Origin: a virus
Lineage: Duplodnaviria; Caudoviricetes
Reading direction: 5' to 3' (one strand)
Length of the DNA stretch: 64,000 bases
IMG/VR virus record: IMGVR_UViG_3300028591_000090
Coordinates: 1 to 64,000 of that record
Shown here: in pieces, positions 10,430 to 19,859 of the stretch
Layout: the number at the start of each line of letters is the position of its first letter
Numbering within the stretch: position 1 is the stretch's first letter
Program-made: the position numbers and the translations under genes
The notes under the pieces: model-generated
Database searches by the model: none
The model's input: the letters and a program-made list of their open reading frames with translations, nothing else
Told to the model about the DNA's origin: nothing

Positions 10430-10662
10430 CAAAAGAAGAATTTTCAAGATTACCGTTAGAGACACAATTCGTATTAATTAACGAATATGCAAAAGAAGTA
10501 TTCAAAGAAGGCGAAGAATCTGCAAATGCTTTTGAATATGGTCGTCCTTGTGAAACAGAACCTACTACATTTGAAGGTTATCTTGCTGGATTTGGAGAAT
10601 TTGACCATCTTCCAAAAGAAGTGGTTGATTCTTGGCATAAAGAAACATATAAAAGACATTAA
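10426..10662 (+). CDS. hypothetical protein
   Basis: ATGA overlap. Confidence 0.6.
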   Translation: MTKEEFSRLPLETQFVLINEYAKEVFKEGEESANAFEYGRPCETEPTTFEGYLAGFGEFDHLPKEVVDSWHKETYKRH

Positions 10663-10663
10663 A

Positions 10664-10909
10664 ATGAAAGACTGGTTGAAAGATATTGACATGATTGTGG
10701 CAAGGCACAACTTTAAAGACTATGATGTTGCACTTGACATCGAACATGGCTGGAAGCCCATTAAAGGACTTGGAGAAGATGAAGCAATCCAATATATAAG
10801 GAAGCACTTGATTTCTATAGCAAATATGCCAGACAGACCAACTGGTCTAATAACAACAGGCTTCGAATTCATATATAAAGATGGAACAAATAAAATTTTT
10901 AAATTATGA
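10664..10909 (+). CDS. hypothetical protein
   Basis: packed ORF. Confidence 0.6.
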   Translation: MKDWLKDIDMIVARHNFKDYDVALDIEHGWKPIKGLGEDEAIQYIRKHLISIANMPDRPTGLITTGFEFIYKDGTNKIFKL

Positions 10910-11457
10910 AAAATGTTAGTGAAATAGAAAAATTAGAGAAAAAACTTGAAAAACTCGAAGAAAAGGATAAAGCGTATAGAGATAAGATATTTGAGAAAAA
11001 GTGTGAATTACGTGATAAAATAGAGTCTTTACAAGAAGACGAGGCAAAGAAGAAAGTTGGGGAAAAGTTCTATAATAAGGTAGTGCATATAACTAAGACG
11101 ATACCATACTGGGAACGAACCGAACATTATATTGGTGTGATAAATCCAGACACTATATGTTCACAAGGATTTTACATGTATAAATACGCATTATACGTGC
11201 GAATAGAAAATAATGTTATAGAGACTCTCTTTCTTTACGAACATGATGGTTGCGGTGTAGATAATGTAAACCCAAATGAATTATTTAAAAATGAAACAGT
11301 CACATATGGTAATAAAGAGAAATGTATATTCACAATAAAACTAGCATCAAAGAAAGACAGTGAGTTTATACAACAAGTATTTGAAACAAAAAAGAAACAA
11401 GATAATGCAAAAATGGACAAATTGAGAGATTTTTGCATTTCGATGTTCAATCATTAA
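10906..11457 (+). CDS. hypothetical protein
   Basis: ATGA overlap, coiled-coil N-terminus. Confidence 0.7.
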   Translation: MKNVSEIEKLEKKLEKLEEKDKAYRDKIFEKKCELRDKIESLQEDEAKKKVGEKFYNKVVHITKTIPYWERTEHYIGVINPDTICSQGFYMYKYALYVRIENNVIETLFLYEHDGCGVDNVNPNELFKNETVTYGNKEKCIFTIKLASKKDSEFIQQVFETKKKQDNAKMDKLRDFCISMFNH

Positions 11458-11525
11458 TTAAAAAATTTGCAAAAATTAAAAAGATTGTTTATATTTGCAG
11501 AGTTAAATTTAAATGTAAAAGAACG

Positions 11526-11705
11526 ATGAAAGTTAAAATAAGACATAGAGAAGATATTAGTACAGAATGTATTTACATTGAGGTAAAGAACAAGGAATAT
11601 CAGATAAAAGAGTGTGTTGATGGTCTTAAAATTATTGAAATATCAAATAATAAAGACCTAAATATTCGCCCTCACAGCGGAAATTCTATTGTTTTAGTAG
11701 ATTAA
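11526..11705 (+). CDS. hypothetical protein
   Basis: ORF after promoter. Confidence 0.55.
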   Translation: MKVKIRHREDISTECIYIEVKNKEYQIKECVDGLKIIEISNNKDLNIRPHSGNSIVLVD

Positions 11706-11716
11706 AATATAAAATT

Positions 11717-12016
11717 ATGGAAATAGCAAAAGAAAAATATAAAATTATGGAAATAGCAAAAGAAGATGCAGAAAATATGGAACATGAAATATATTTTTCA
11801 TTAAAAATTGAGTACAATAACAAAACAAAAACTTTTTTGTGTAGCAGTAGAGTAAATCAGTTTCTTGGTGTTAATAATCCAGAAATGATGTACTGTTTAG
11901 TAACACCAGAACTGTATTACAGATTTCATATGCACGAATTTTGGGATGATTTTACGGAAATGACTGGTGAGGAATGGGCTAAGGTAGCAACTGAATTATT
12001 AACAAATTTTAATTAA
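11717..12016 (+). CDS. hypothetical protein with 30-bp duplicated start
   Basis: aaatataaaattatggaaatagcaaaagaa x2 at 11705-11764. Confidence 0.65.
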   Translation: MEIAKEKYKIMEIAKEDAENMEHEIYFSLKIEYNNKTKTFLCSSRVNQFLGVNNPEMMYCLVTPELYYRFHMHEFWDDFTEMTGEEWAKVATELLTNFN

Positions 12017-12029
12017 ATTATTAAAAATT

Positions 12030-12728
12030 ATGGCAAAAGAAAGAAAACTAAAAATCGGAAATTTTGAAATTGTGTGTTGGAAGGATTTTCCTTGCTTTAG
12101 ACTAACATTTGCAAAATGTGGATATTTTGACGGAAGACCAGAAATAAAACTCGGCATTATTTTTTGGACTGTTATTATAAAACTTCCGTTTATAAACAAA
12201 GAATGGCAAAATGAATGTGACCCACCAGAATATGGCATCGCAATACATAGTAATTCGTTCTGGTTGTATTATGGTGGCGAAGGCAATATGCACGGTGGCA
12301 CAAAATGGATTGCGTGGGATATTCCGTTTGTCACTCGTTGCTTTTACAAGCATGAAGTTTGGGGTTGTCATGGTTGGATTGATGTTACAGATAGAGATGT
12401 GTATCAAAGCAGAGTTGGGTACTTGAACTACGAAGATAGAGATGAATCGACAGATGCTATGGTATTTCATGGCATTTGGAAAGACTTTGATGGGGAAGAA
12501 GTTCCTGCAATCTATCGTCTTGAAAGAAGGACATGGAGACGCAAATGGTTGATGTGGACTAATTTGTTTGACCATCAACGTACTGAAATAGAAGTTTCAT
12601 TTAAGTCTGGTGTAGGGAAAGGCAAGGGTTCTTGGAAAGGGGGAGTATATGGTACGGGTTTTGAGATTAAACCAAAAGAATCCCCTCAAGAATGCTTTGA
12701 AAGAGCAAATAGAGAAAATCGTCTATAA
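12030..12728 (+). CDS. conserved phage protein (Trp/Gly-rich)
   Basis: 232 aa, GKGKGSWKGG motif. Confidence 0.75.
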   Translation: MAKERKLKIGNFEIVCWKDFPCFRLTFAKCGYFDGRPEIKLGIIFWTVIIKLPFINKEWQNECDPPEYGIAIHSNSFWLYYGGEGNMHGGTKWIAWDIPFVTRCFYKHEVWGCHGWIDVTDRDVYQSRVGYLNYEDRDESTDAMVFHGIWKDFDGEEVPAIYRLERRTWRRKWLMWTNLFDHQRTEIEVSFKSGVGKGKGSWKGGVYGTGFEIKPKESPQECFERANRENRL

Positions 12729-12780
12729 TCATTAAATCATAAACAATTTCCATTTAATTGATAAAACAAAATTAAAAAAA

Positions 12781-13062
12781 ATGAAAATGATAAAAACAAT
12801 ATTAAAACCATTTTTGCGTATTATTGCTTGTTTAATGTATATTCCATTGGCAATACTAACATTATTATTTACAACTATATTTTTTATCTTTTTATGTGTT
12901 CTTGCATTATTCGGTTTTATTTTTACTGGAGATATTTACACTTATACAGATAAACTTATTGATAAATTAGATAAATATTTAGGTTGGTTTATATTAGACG
13001 AAAACGCAAGTCTTATCTTAAATTATAATGATATGGTGTTTGATAAAATAAATGAATGGTAA
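12781..13062 (+). CDS. membrane protein
   Basis: long hydrophobic stretch. Confidence 0.6.
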   Translation: MKMIKTILKPFLRIIACLMYIPLAILTLLFTTIFFIFLCVLALFGFIFTGDIYTYTDKLIDKLDKYLGWFILDENASLILNYNDMVFDKINEW

Positions 13063-13070
13063 TATGAAAT

Positions 13071-13363
13071 AATTATTGTAGAAAATAATTGAATATTTTA
13101 ATAGTTTTCGTATATTTGCAAATAAATAAAGAAAAGTACATTGACAAATTGGTAACGGTTTTGCATAAAATCTTATGCAAGTAAAACCTAAAAGTAATTT
13201 CAAAGTAGATTTGCTGATTTATTCAGCAAATGCGAAAAAATATTTTTTATTTTTCAAAGCATTTCCAAAAGTTTTTGCTGATGGAATAGAGGGTGTTGTA
13301 GTTCACCCAGTAATTGTTAAATTATAAACAAAATCTATATTTTTCTATAGATTTTGGAACTAT
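13071..13363 (+). mobile_element. non-autonomous tnpB-IS derivative / omegaRNA-like locus
   Basis: 13256-13363 near-identical to tnpB 3' end/right end at 61907-62015; left part resembles IS left end and carries promoter. Confidence 0.75.
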
Positions 13364-13644
13364 ATCAGAATTGGAACAAAAATTCTGCTGAAAGAATTGA
13401 AACAAATGCATATTATGTAGATGGGTTCACAATTACAGAACTCAAATTCAAAGGAGATGCCGTTTTTACATATAATGGAAATGTTATAGCTATTGACGGA
13501 TTTAATATAGAAAAGTTGTTTTTCTATAAGCGTCAAGCAGAAAGATTTATTGCAGAAAGATGTGTGTACTTTCTTGCTGGACACGATTTCTTAAAACTTG
13601 AAGAATCAAAAGAACTTAAAAACAAAATAAAAGAGAGACATTAA
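13354..13644 (+). CDS. hypothetical protein, 5' end apparently split by the element
   Basis: removing 13071-13363 joins ATG at 13064 in frame (MKYQNWNK...). Confidence 0.5.
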   Translation: MELYQNWNKNSAERIETNAYYVDGFTITELKFKGDAVFTYNGNVIAIDGFNIEKLFFYKRQAERFIAERCVYFLAGHDFLKLEESKELKNKIKERH

Positions 13645-13941
13645 CGCCTCTCTTTTATTATAGTAAACAATCCAAATATTTCAAAAAAAAGTAAAAACTC
13701 TTGCATAAGTTAAAAAATATGTTTATATTTGCACCGTTGAAATTTTAAAAATCAAGAGTTATGGAAGTTATAAAGAACAATTCAAAAGAAAAAGAAGATT
13801 GGAACATTGTGTGTCCTCATTGTGATTCAATTTTGAATTACAGTAAAAAAGATGTAATAATTAAAGAATCTTATTTCTTTTATCTGCATTACATTAAATG
13901 TCCTTGCTGTGAAAAAAGTGTAGATGTAAAACATTGGTAAC

Positions 13942-15192
13942 ATGAAGATAGATTTATCAAAATACGGAGAAGAAGTACAAACAGGAGCAAGATTATGTTC
14001 TCAAATAATGTCATTTAACTTTGAGGCATACATTGTTGGTGGTTGTGTTAGAGATATGGTTATGGGTAATATCGACATTCACGATGTTGATATTGCAACC
14101 AATATGCCTATAGACTTGTTAAAAACACATTTTGATTGTGCAGATAATAACGGAGAAAAACACGGTACTATTCTCGTTAAATATGATGGTTTTGTCTTCG
14201 AGGTAACACAGTTCAGAACAGACGGAGATTATTCTGATGGTCGTCACCCAGATAATGTTATTTTCACTAAAACTCTTAAAGAGGATATGGCACGTAGAGA
14301 TTTTACTATCAATGCTATGGCTATTAATTGTCATGGATTACTGATAGATTATTTTGGTGGAGAGGAAGATTTACAGTCTTTAACATTAAGAACTGTTGGA
14401 GATAGCCAACAAAGATTTGATGAAGATGGTCTTCGTATTCTTCGTGCTATTCGTTTTGCTTCACGATTCAAAATGGAGATACATAAAGATACGTGGAATG
14501 GCATCACAAAAAAGAAAGAAAATCTAAAGAAAATTGCACGAGAAAGAATAGGTGATGAACTATACAAGACTGCACAATATGGTAAAGATGCTTTTACTCG
14601 TATGATTCAGTTAATTATAAACTTACACATTGATGAAGTTATTGATGGTCAACAAATAATTGACTGGCGTTTTGCACTTACTTTATTAAACAACGTAAAA
14701 GAAGAAACAGATACGAAATTCTTATTCGCTGTATTATTCTATAATTGTAAAGACCTAAAAGAATCAATTAAAATGTTTAGGTTCGATAATGATTTATATA
14801 AAACATTGAAGTTTGTTTATGACAATATAAACGTCTTTACTGATATAGAAACAGCAAAAGATTTAGACAAACAATTACAAGTTTATACACACAAGGATTT
14901 CGATACGTTGAATAATATGATGATACTTCTTCAAAAGAATTATTTACACGAAACAGAAAGAAAAGAATTTGATATACTTGTAAAAAATGTTTGGTGCGAT
15001 AATAAAATGTTGAGCGAAGTTCTTCTTGAATATGGTAATGTTGGTGGAAAAGATTTCGGTAGTGCGTTAAAAATATTAAGAAATACTTATTATCTGTATT
15101 ACCGTTATCATAATGAAAAGATAAGCAAAGAACAAATTATTGAAACAGTAAAGAAATTTTTTGGTGAAAATATTTGCAAGTGTGAAAAATAA
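13942..15192 (+). CDS. cca: class II CCA-adding tRNA nucleotidyltransferase
   Basis: VGGCVRD, DVDIAT, RRDFTINAM, EDGLRILRAIRF; window tRNAs lack encoded CCA. Confidence 0.92.
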   Translation: MKIDLSKYGEEVQTGARLCSQIMSFNFEAYIVGGCVRDMVMGNIDIHDVDIATNMPIDLLKTHFDCADNNGEKHGTILVKYDGFVFEVTQFRTDGDYSDGRHPDNVIFTKTLKEDMARRDFTINAMAINCHGLLIDYFGGEEDLQSLTLRTVGDSQQRFDEDGLRILRAIRFASRFKMEIHKDTWNGITKKKENLKKIARERIGDELYKTAQYGKDAFTRMIQLIINLHIDEVIDGQQIIDWRFALTLLNNVKEETDTKFLFAVLFYNCKDLKESIKMFRFDNDLYKTLKFVYDNINVFTDIETAKDLDKQLQVYTHKDFDTLNNMMILLQKNYLHETERKEFDILVKNVWCDNKMLSEVLLEYGNVGGKDFGSALKILRNTYYLYYRYHNEKISKEQIIETVKKFFGENICKCEK

Positions 15193-15224
15193 TGTTTATA
15201 TTTGCAAAGTTAAATTTAAGAGTT

Positions 15225-15524
15225 ATGAATTTGTATGCAGTAAAATATTCAATGAAAGACGGAAAAACCGTTTATTACACAACTGATAGAAAGTGGTCAC
15301 AAGACACATTTTTAGGAACTTATGACCTGAAACTTGCGAATTTTTACAAGAAAAAAGGTGTGGCAAAAAATGTAATGTTAAAAGAAAAAGAGATAACACA
15401 ATCTTTTTATAAAAAACCAGACGATATGTGTAAATATGCAATAGAACGAAGAAACATTAAGTCTATTAGTGTCGTAGAATTAAAAATATCAGAAGGAGAT
15501 ATTGTTTGCAAAGAAAATATTTAA
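15225..15524 (+). CDS. hypothetical protein, paralog of 2729..3022
   Basis: shared motif. Confidence 0.7.
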   Translation: MNLYAVKYSMKDGKTVYYTTDRKWSQDTFLGTYDLKLANFYKKKGVAKNVMLKEKEITQSFYKKPDDMCKYAIERRNIKSISVVELKISEGDIVCKENI

Positions 15525-15535
15525 ATTTAAGAGTT

Positions 15536-15757
15536 ATGGATTCAATAGCAATTGTTCAACTTATCTTGATAATGATTTACCTTTTCTTTATAGTAAAGAA
15601 TCTTGGTGAAATAATGAGTGCTGATTATTATTTTATTATGTCAGCACTTGCTGTTATTATTGCAGGTCTTCATTATATTACTAATGACATTGGGTTATTT
15701 TTAATATGGATGGCTTGTGGAGTTTTAAATTTTATACTTTATAGAGACAGAAGATAG
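15536..15757 (+). CDS. small membrane protein
   Basis: hydrophobic. Confidence 0.6.
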   Translation: MDSIAIVQLILIMIYLFFIVKNLGEIMSADYYFIMSALAVIIAGLHYITNDIGLFLIWMACGVLNFILYRDRR

Positions 15758-15758
15758 T

Positions 15759-15986
15759 ATGGAAATTGATGATGTTAAAAATGTGGTTTATTGCAAGGAT
15801 TGTATGTACAGAAAATCTGGTATGCTTGATGCAGACGAATGTACAGCACAAATACTTCATGTAAATTATGTAGACGGAGATATAACATATCACGATTGTA
15901 TCGACATAAACCGTTTTGGTGATTGTGAATATTTTAAAAGAAAAGAAACATTTAAAGAAAAAATAAAAAGATGGTTAAACATTTAA
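15759..15986 (+). CDS. Cys-rich small protein
   Basis: CKDC...C...C...C. Confidence 0.6.
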   Translation: MEIDDVKNVVYCKDCMYRKSGMLDADECTAQILHVNYVDGDITYHDCIDINRFGDCEYFKRKETFKEKIKRWLNI

Positions 15987-16282
15987 AAGCATATAAAATA
16001 AGACATAAACAAACTGGTTTGTATTACAGACCAGGGTCCGGAAATAGTCTCAATGAAGAAGGTAAACTTTATTTCAAAAAGCGTCCATCTCTTAATATGA
16101 TTTGTTTTATACAAATGTCATATAAACAGATAAAAGAACTTGAAGAAAAAGGTATTAAAGTTTGTTATACAGATGAGCATAAACCATCTTGGATGACAAC
16201 ATCAACATTTCTTTCTTTTGACGCAAACGACCTTGAAATAGAAGAATACGATTGCGAAATGAAACTAACAAAAATAAATTAA
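15971..16282 (+). CDS. hypothetical phage protein
   Basis: YKIRHKQTGLY motif. Confidence 0.65.
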   Translation: MVKHLKAYKIRHKQTGLYYRPGSGNSLNEEGKLYFKKRPSLNMICFIQMSYKQIKELEEKGIKVCYTDEHKPSWMTTSTFLSFDANDLEIEEYDCEMKLTKIN

Positions 16283-16284
16283 TT

Positions 16285-16680
16285 ATGTATAAATATACAA
16301 AGTTTACAGAAGCAAAAACATTAAAAGAATTTTACGCTCTTGAAAATGCTAAATTTGAGAGAGGTGAAAATCCTTACAATGGTGAAGCAATCAGTTTCTT
16401 TGTCGATTCAGACGAAAAAATTGAAGAGGTAATGAAATATGTTAAAGAAAGAAAAGAAAATGCTTCTGACGAAAAAGATTATAAAAGTTTAGAAAATATA
16501 GAATATGTTGTTAAAGAACTAAAAGAAAATAAAGGGAAAAAGATAAAAGATTTGGGCGATATAACTGGCATTTTCGAGGCAATTGAAATAACTTGTGAAG
16601 ACCTTTATTACGTTATAAGAAAAGACGATGGCAAGAAAGTTTGTTCCTCTTGCGTTGGTTCGATAAAAATAATAGAATAG
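16285..16680 (+). CDS. hypothetical protein
   Basis: packed ORF. Confidence 0.7.
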   Translation: MYKYTKFTEAKTLKEFYALENAKFERGENPYNGEAISFFVDSDEKIEEVMKYVKERKENASDEKDYKSLENIEYVVKELKENKGKKIKDLGDITGIFEAIEITCEDLYYVIRKDDGKKVCSSCVGSIKIIE

Positions 16681-16682
16681 AT

Positions 16683-17087
16683 ATGGAAGATATTAAATTA
16701 GAAAAAGCAGAAAAATTTGAGAAATCAATATTAAACAATGTCCCTTTTGAGGATATTGATAAAATGGTAAGAGAAGACTTGGGCAAATTTAACCAAGTAA
16801 ACAAAGCACCAAAAAGTCTTACATGTATCTTTTCAAAAGATCCTTCTCTTCCACAAGACATTAGACATTACGAATTGGCAGATGAAGTTATCGGTTTCGT
16901 TGTTATTGTAAGAATAGATAAAACATTAGGTAAATATGTTTCTTTTATATCGGAAGTACACGAAGACGATGGTAATTGGTTTGCTCCGTCAAAACCAATT
17001 TATATGACTTCTAAATATATTCCAGATATGCAAGATTGTTTAGACCGTATCAATAAATGGTTACAATTAAAAGAAAAAGAAGTTTAA
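16683..17087 (+). CDS. hypothetical protein
   Basis: packed ORF. Confidence 0.7.
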   Translation: MEDIKLEKAEKFEKSILNNVPFEDIDKMVREDLGKFNQVNKAPKSLTCIFSKDPSLPQDIRHYELADEVIGFVVIVRIDKTLGKYVSFISEVHEDDGNWFAPSKPIYMTSKYIPDMQDCLDRINKWLQLKEKEV

Positions 17088-17106
17088 CCTTTAAATTATT
17101 AAAGAT

Positions 17107-17403
17107 ATGAGAAAGTTATTGTTTTTATTATCGGTATCAGTAATTGCATTGGCATCTTGTTGTTCTGATTGTGATGGTATACCAGAAATTCGAGAGAATC
17201 AAATCAGACACATTGCAACCTATAAAGGTACTGTATTCGATGTTGTTGTAATAGATTCTTGTGAATACATAGTAGAAAATTATCGTTTTGCACACAAAGG
17301 TAATTGTCGTTTTTGTGAAGAAAGAAAAAAGAAAAAAGAAAATTCTTTGAGTCTTGATGTTTTCGATACACAACAAGAAGAATCCTCTTCTATTTGGAAC
17401 TAA
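17107..17403 (+). CDS. lipoprotein
   Basis: lipobox LASC; IDSCEY...HKGNC. Confidence 0.7.
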   Translation: MRKLLFLLSVSVIALASCCSDCDGIPEIRENQIRHIATYKGTVFDVVVIDSCEYIVENYRFAHKGNCRFCEERKKKKENSLSLDVFDTQQEESSSIWN

Positions 17404-17404
17404 A

Positions 17405-18196
17405 ATGATTGAGTTAAACAATATTTATAATGTGGATTGTCTGGACGGTTTTAAGAACATTCCAGACAATTTTATTGATATGGTGGTAACTTCTCCACCA
17501 TACGATGATTTACGCAAATACGGCAATGAAAAATCAACGTGGAATGAAAATACCTTTAGAAGCGTTGCAAAAGAATTATTTCGTGTTATTAAAGATGGTG
17601 GTGTTGTTGTTTGGATTGTAAATGATAAAACAGAAAAAGGTAGTAAAACACTCACGTCTTTTCGTCAAGCATTATTTTTTCAAAGCATAGGTTTCCTTGT
17701 AAATGATGTAATGATTTGGGAGAAGACAAATGCAATGCCTACAATTAGACAAACACGATATGCCGATGTATTTGAATATATGTTTGTCTTTAGCAAAGGT
17801 AAACCCAAAACATTTAATCCAATAATGATTCCTTGTAAATGTGCAGGGCAAAATTATAATTCTACTTGCAAAAATATGGGTGGGGAAAATGGAAGAACGC
17901 ATAAAACATTTAATATCAATAAAGAAAAAGTAAAAGGAAACATTTGGGAGATTGCTATAGCACAAAATAAAACGAAGCACCCTGCTGTTTATCCTTATAA
18001 AATTGCATATGACCATATTTTATCTTGGAGTAATGAAGGAGATGTTGTTCTGGACCCGTTTATGGGAAGTGGAACAACTGCACTTGCTTGTATAAAAACA
18101 AATAGAAAATTTATTGGTTTTGAGATAAATGAAGACTATGTAAATATATGTAATAAAAGAATTTTAGAAATAAATAAAGAAAAAACTTTATTTTAA
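17405..18196 (+). CDS. beta-class N4/N6 DNA methyltransferase
   Basis: TSPPY precedes DPFMGSGTT; HPAVYP. Confidence 0.92.
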   Translation: MIELNNIYNVDCLDGFKNIPDNFIDMVVTSPPYDDLRKYGNEKSTWNENTFRSVAKELFRVIKDGGVVVWIVNDKTEKGSKTLTSFRQALFFQSIGFLVNDVMIWEKTNAMPTIRQTRYADVFEYMFVFSKGKPKTFNPIMIPCKCAGQNYNSTCKNMGGENGRTHKTFNINKEKVKGNIWEIAIAQNKTKHPAVYPYKIAYDHILSWSNEGDVVLDPFMGSGTTALACIKTNRKFIGFEINEDYVNICNKRILEINKEKTLF

Positions 18197-19596
18197 TGGG
18201 AATGAACGATACTTATAACAATGATTATGTTGAATATCTACCATCTTTTAAAGGAGTTGGTGAAGTTTCTTCAACAGATAATGAATCAAAAATAAACGAA
18301 GGGTGGAATGCTCTTCAACCTCAGAGTCAAGATGATTTAGATGACGAAGCAAAAGAATGGTTGAAAAGTGTAAAAGATGTTCATATACAAAGAAGCCAAG
18401 GTTATAATCCGGAAAAATTACAAAAATTCTTCAATAGCGATAGAGCATGTGTAAGAGTTGCCGCAAATCAAATTAGACATAAACAAGATTTATTTGTCCA
18501 AGGTAAAGCAGGCTGGGGAAAAACAAGTATTCTTACAGAAATCGGTTTGGCTTGTGGTTATGACGTTATAACTCTTTATCTTGATAAAGCAGATGCAGAA
18601 GAATTAGGCGGTATCCCGACAATAGAAGATTCTAAATTCAAAAGTTTAAAACGTACAGAAAAAACTGTACCTGAATGGGCAAGTGAAATGATATTACACT
18701 CACCGCAAATAATGAAAGGAAACGCAAGATATTATATGTTATTCTGTGATGAATTTAATCAAGCAAGCCCAAAAGTAATGGATGCAATGATGCCTATCAT
18801 ACGTCAAAAGACAGTTGCAGGAAGACAATTAAATAATTTTTTTGTTGTAGCAGCAGGAAACTATCGAGAAGAAAACAAAAAGGGAGTAAGTGATTTTAGT
18901 GTTCCTTTAAAGAAAAGAATGCAAATGGTTAAGTGGGACGAAAACTGGCCAGAAGCAATAGCATTTTTGGAAGAAAAATATTCTAGTGTAGATGGTGCAA
19001 GAGAATTGTTTAAAGTATTAAAGAAAAATATTGGAAATGGTTTACATAACTATGATTTGTTTTATGCACCTCGTGATATTGAAATGGTTGTGGAAAGATT
19101 ATTTGATTATAGTGAGGATGATAAAGATATGGCTCCAGTAAGATCTGAAGATATACTAATGTTATTAGACAGTTGGTTAGATGATAGTCCTTATAGAAAA
19201 TCACCTACTTTTAAAGAAGATTTAGAAAATTTAAGTAATGATTGTTGGAATTATGTTAAGGGTTATGGTGATGTTAAAACAGAAGAAAAAGATAAGAAAC
19301 AACAATTAAGACAAGAATGGGATGTAAATAAAAAGAAAAAATTTGCCGATGGTCTTGTAGCAGGATATTTCGTTGGAAAGAAGAAAGATGGTGCTAAAAG
19401 TTTTGCACCTGTAGTATTAGACCAAGTAATGAATCAAGTTGCAGAGACAGAGTTGTTTGATAAAGTTAAAATGACACAAACAACTATTCGAGAAATGGCA
19501 GAAAAAGGTGGCGGTATAAGATTTCAAAATTTAGATGAATTCTATAAAGAATATCCTAATTTTGATAAAGATCCTGAATGTGTATTAAAAAACTAA
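18196..19596 (+). CDS. MoxR-like AAA+ ATPase
   Basis: GKAGWGKT, LFCDEFNQA, AAGN, Arg finger. Confidence 0.88.
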   Translation: MGMNDTYNNDYVEYLPSFKGVGEVSSTDNESKINEGWNALQPQSQDDLDDEAKEWLKSVKDVHIQRSQGYNPEKLQKFFNSDRACVRVAANQIRHKQDLFVQGKAGWGKTSILTEIGLACGYDVITLYLDKADAEELGGIPTIEDSKFKSLKRTEKTVPEWASEMILHSPQIMKGNARYYMLFCDEFNQASPKVMDAMMPIIRQKTVAGRQLNNFFVVAAGNYREENKKGVSDFSVPLKKRMQMVKWDENWPEAIAFLEEKYSSVDGARELFKVLKKNIGNGLHNYDLFYAPRDIEMVVERLFDYSEDDKDMAPVRSEDILMLLDSWLDDSPYRKSPTFKEDLENLSNDCWNYVKGYGDVKTEEKDKKQQLRQEWDVNKKKKFADGLVAGYFVGKKKDGAKSFAPVVLDQVMNQVAETELFDKVKMTQTTIREMAEKGGGIRFQNLDEFYKEYPNFDKDPECVLKN

Positions 19597-19601
19597 TATA
19601 A

Positions 19602-19859
19602 ATGAATATACAAGAAGATAAAATTATAATATTTAATGATGACGACGAATTTTTTACGTTCGTCGTCAATCCTAATCTTATAGTTAAAAAAAATCCTTTA
19701 GGTATATTATATCATACTTGGGATTATACAGACGATTATAAAAACGCTATCCTAAACGGAATGTATTTTAAAATACTTGATCCAAAATCAAGAATGAAAT
19801 ATAGAAATAATATAACCTACAAACTTGTTCCTAAAAAAATACAGAACATTATATGTTAA
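19602..19859 (+). CDS. hypothetical protein
   Basis: between AAA and VWA genes. Confidence 0.6.
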   Translation: MNIQEDKIIIFNDDDEFFTFVVNPNLIVKKNPLGILYHTWDYTDDYKNAILNGMYFKILDPKSRMKYRNNITYKLVPKKIQNIIC

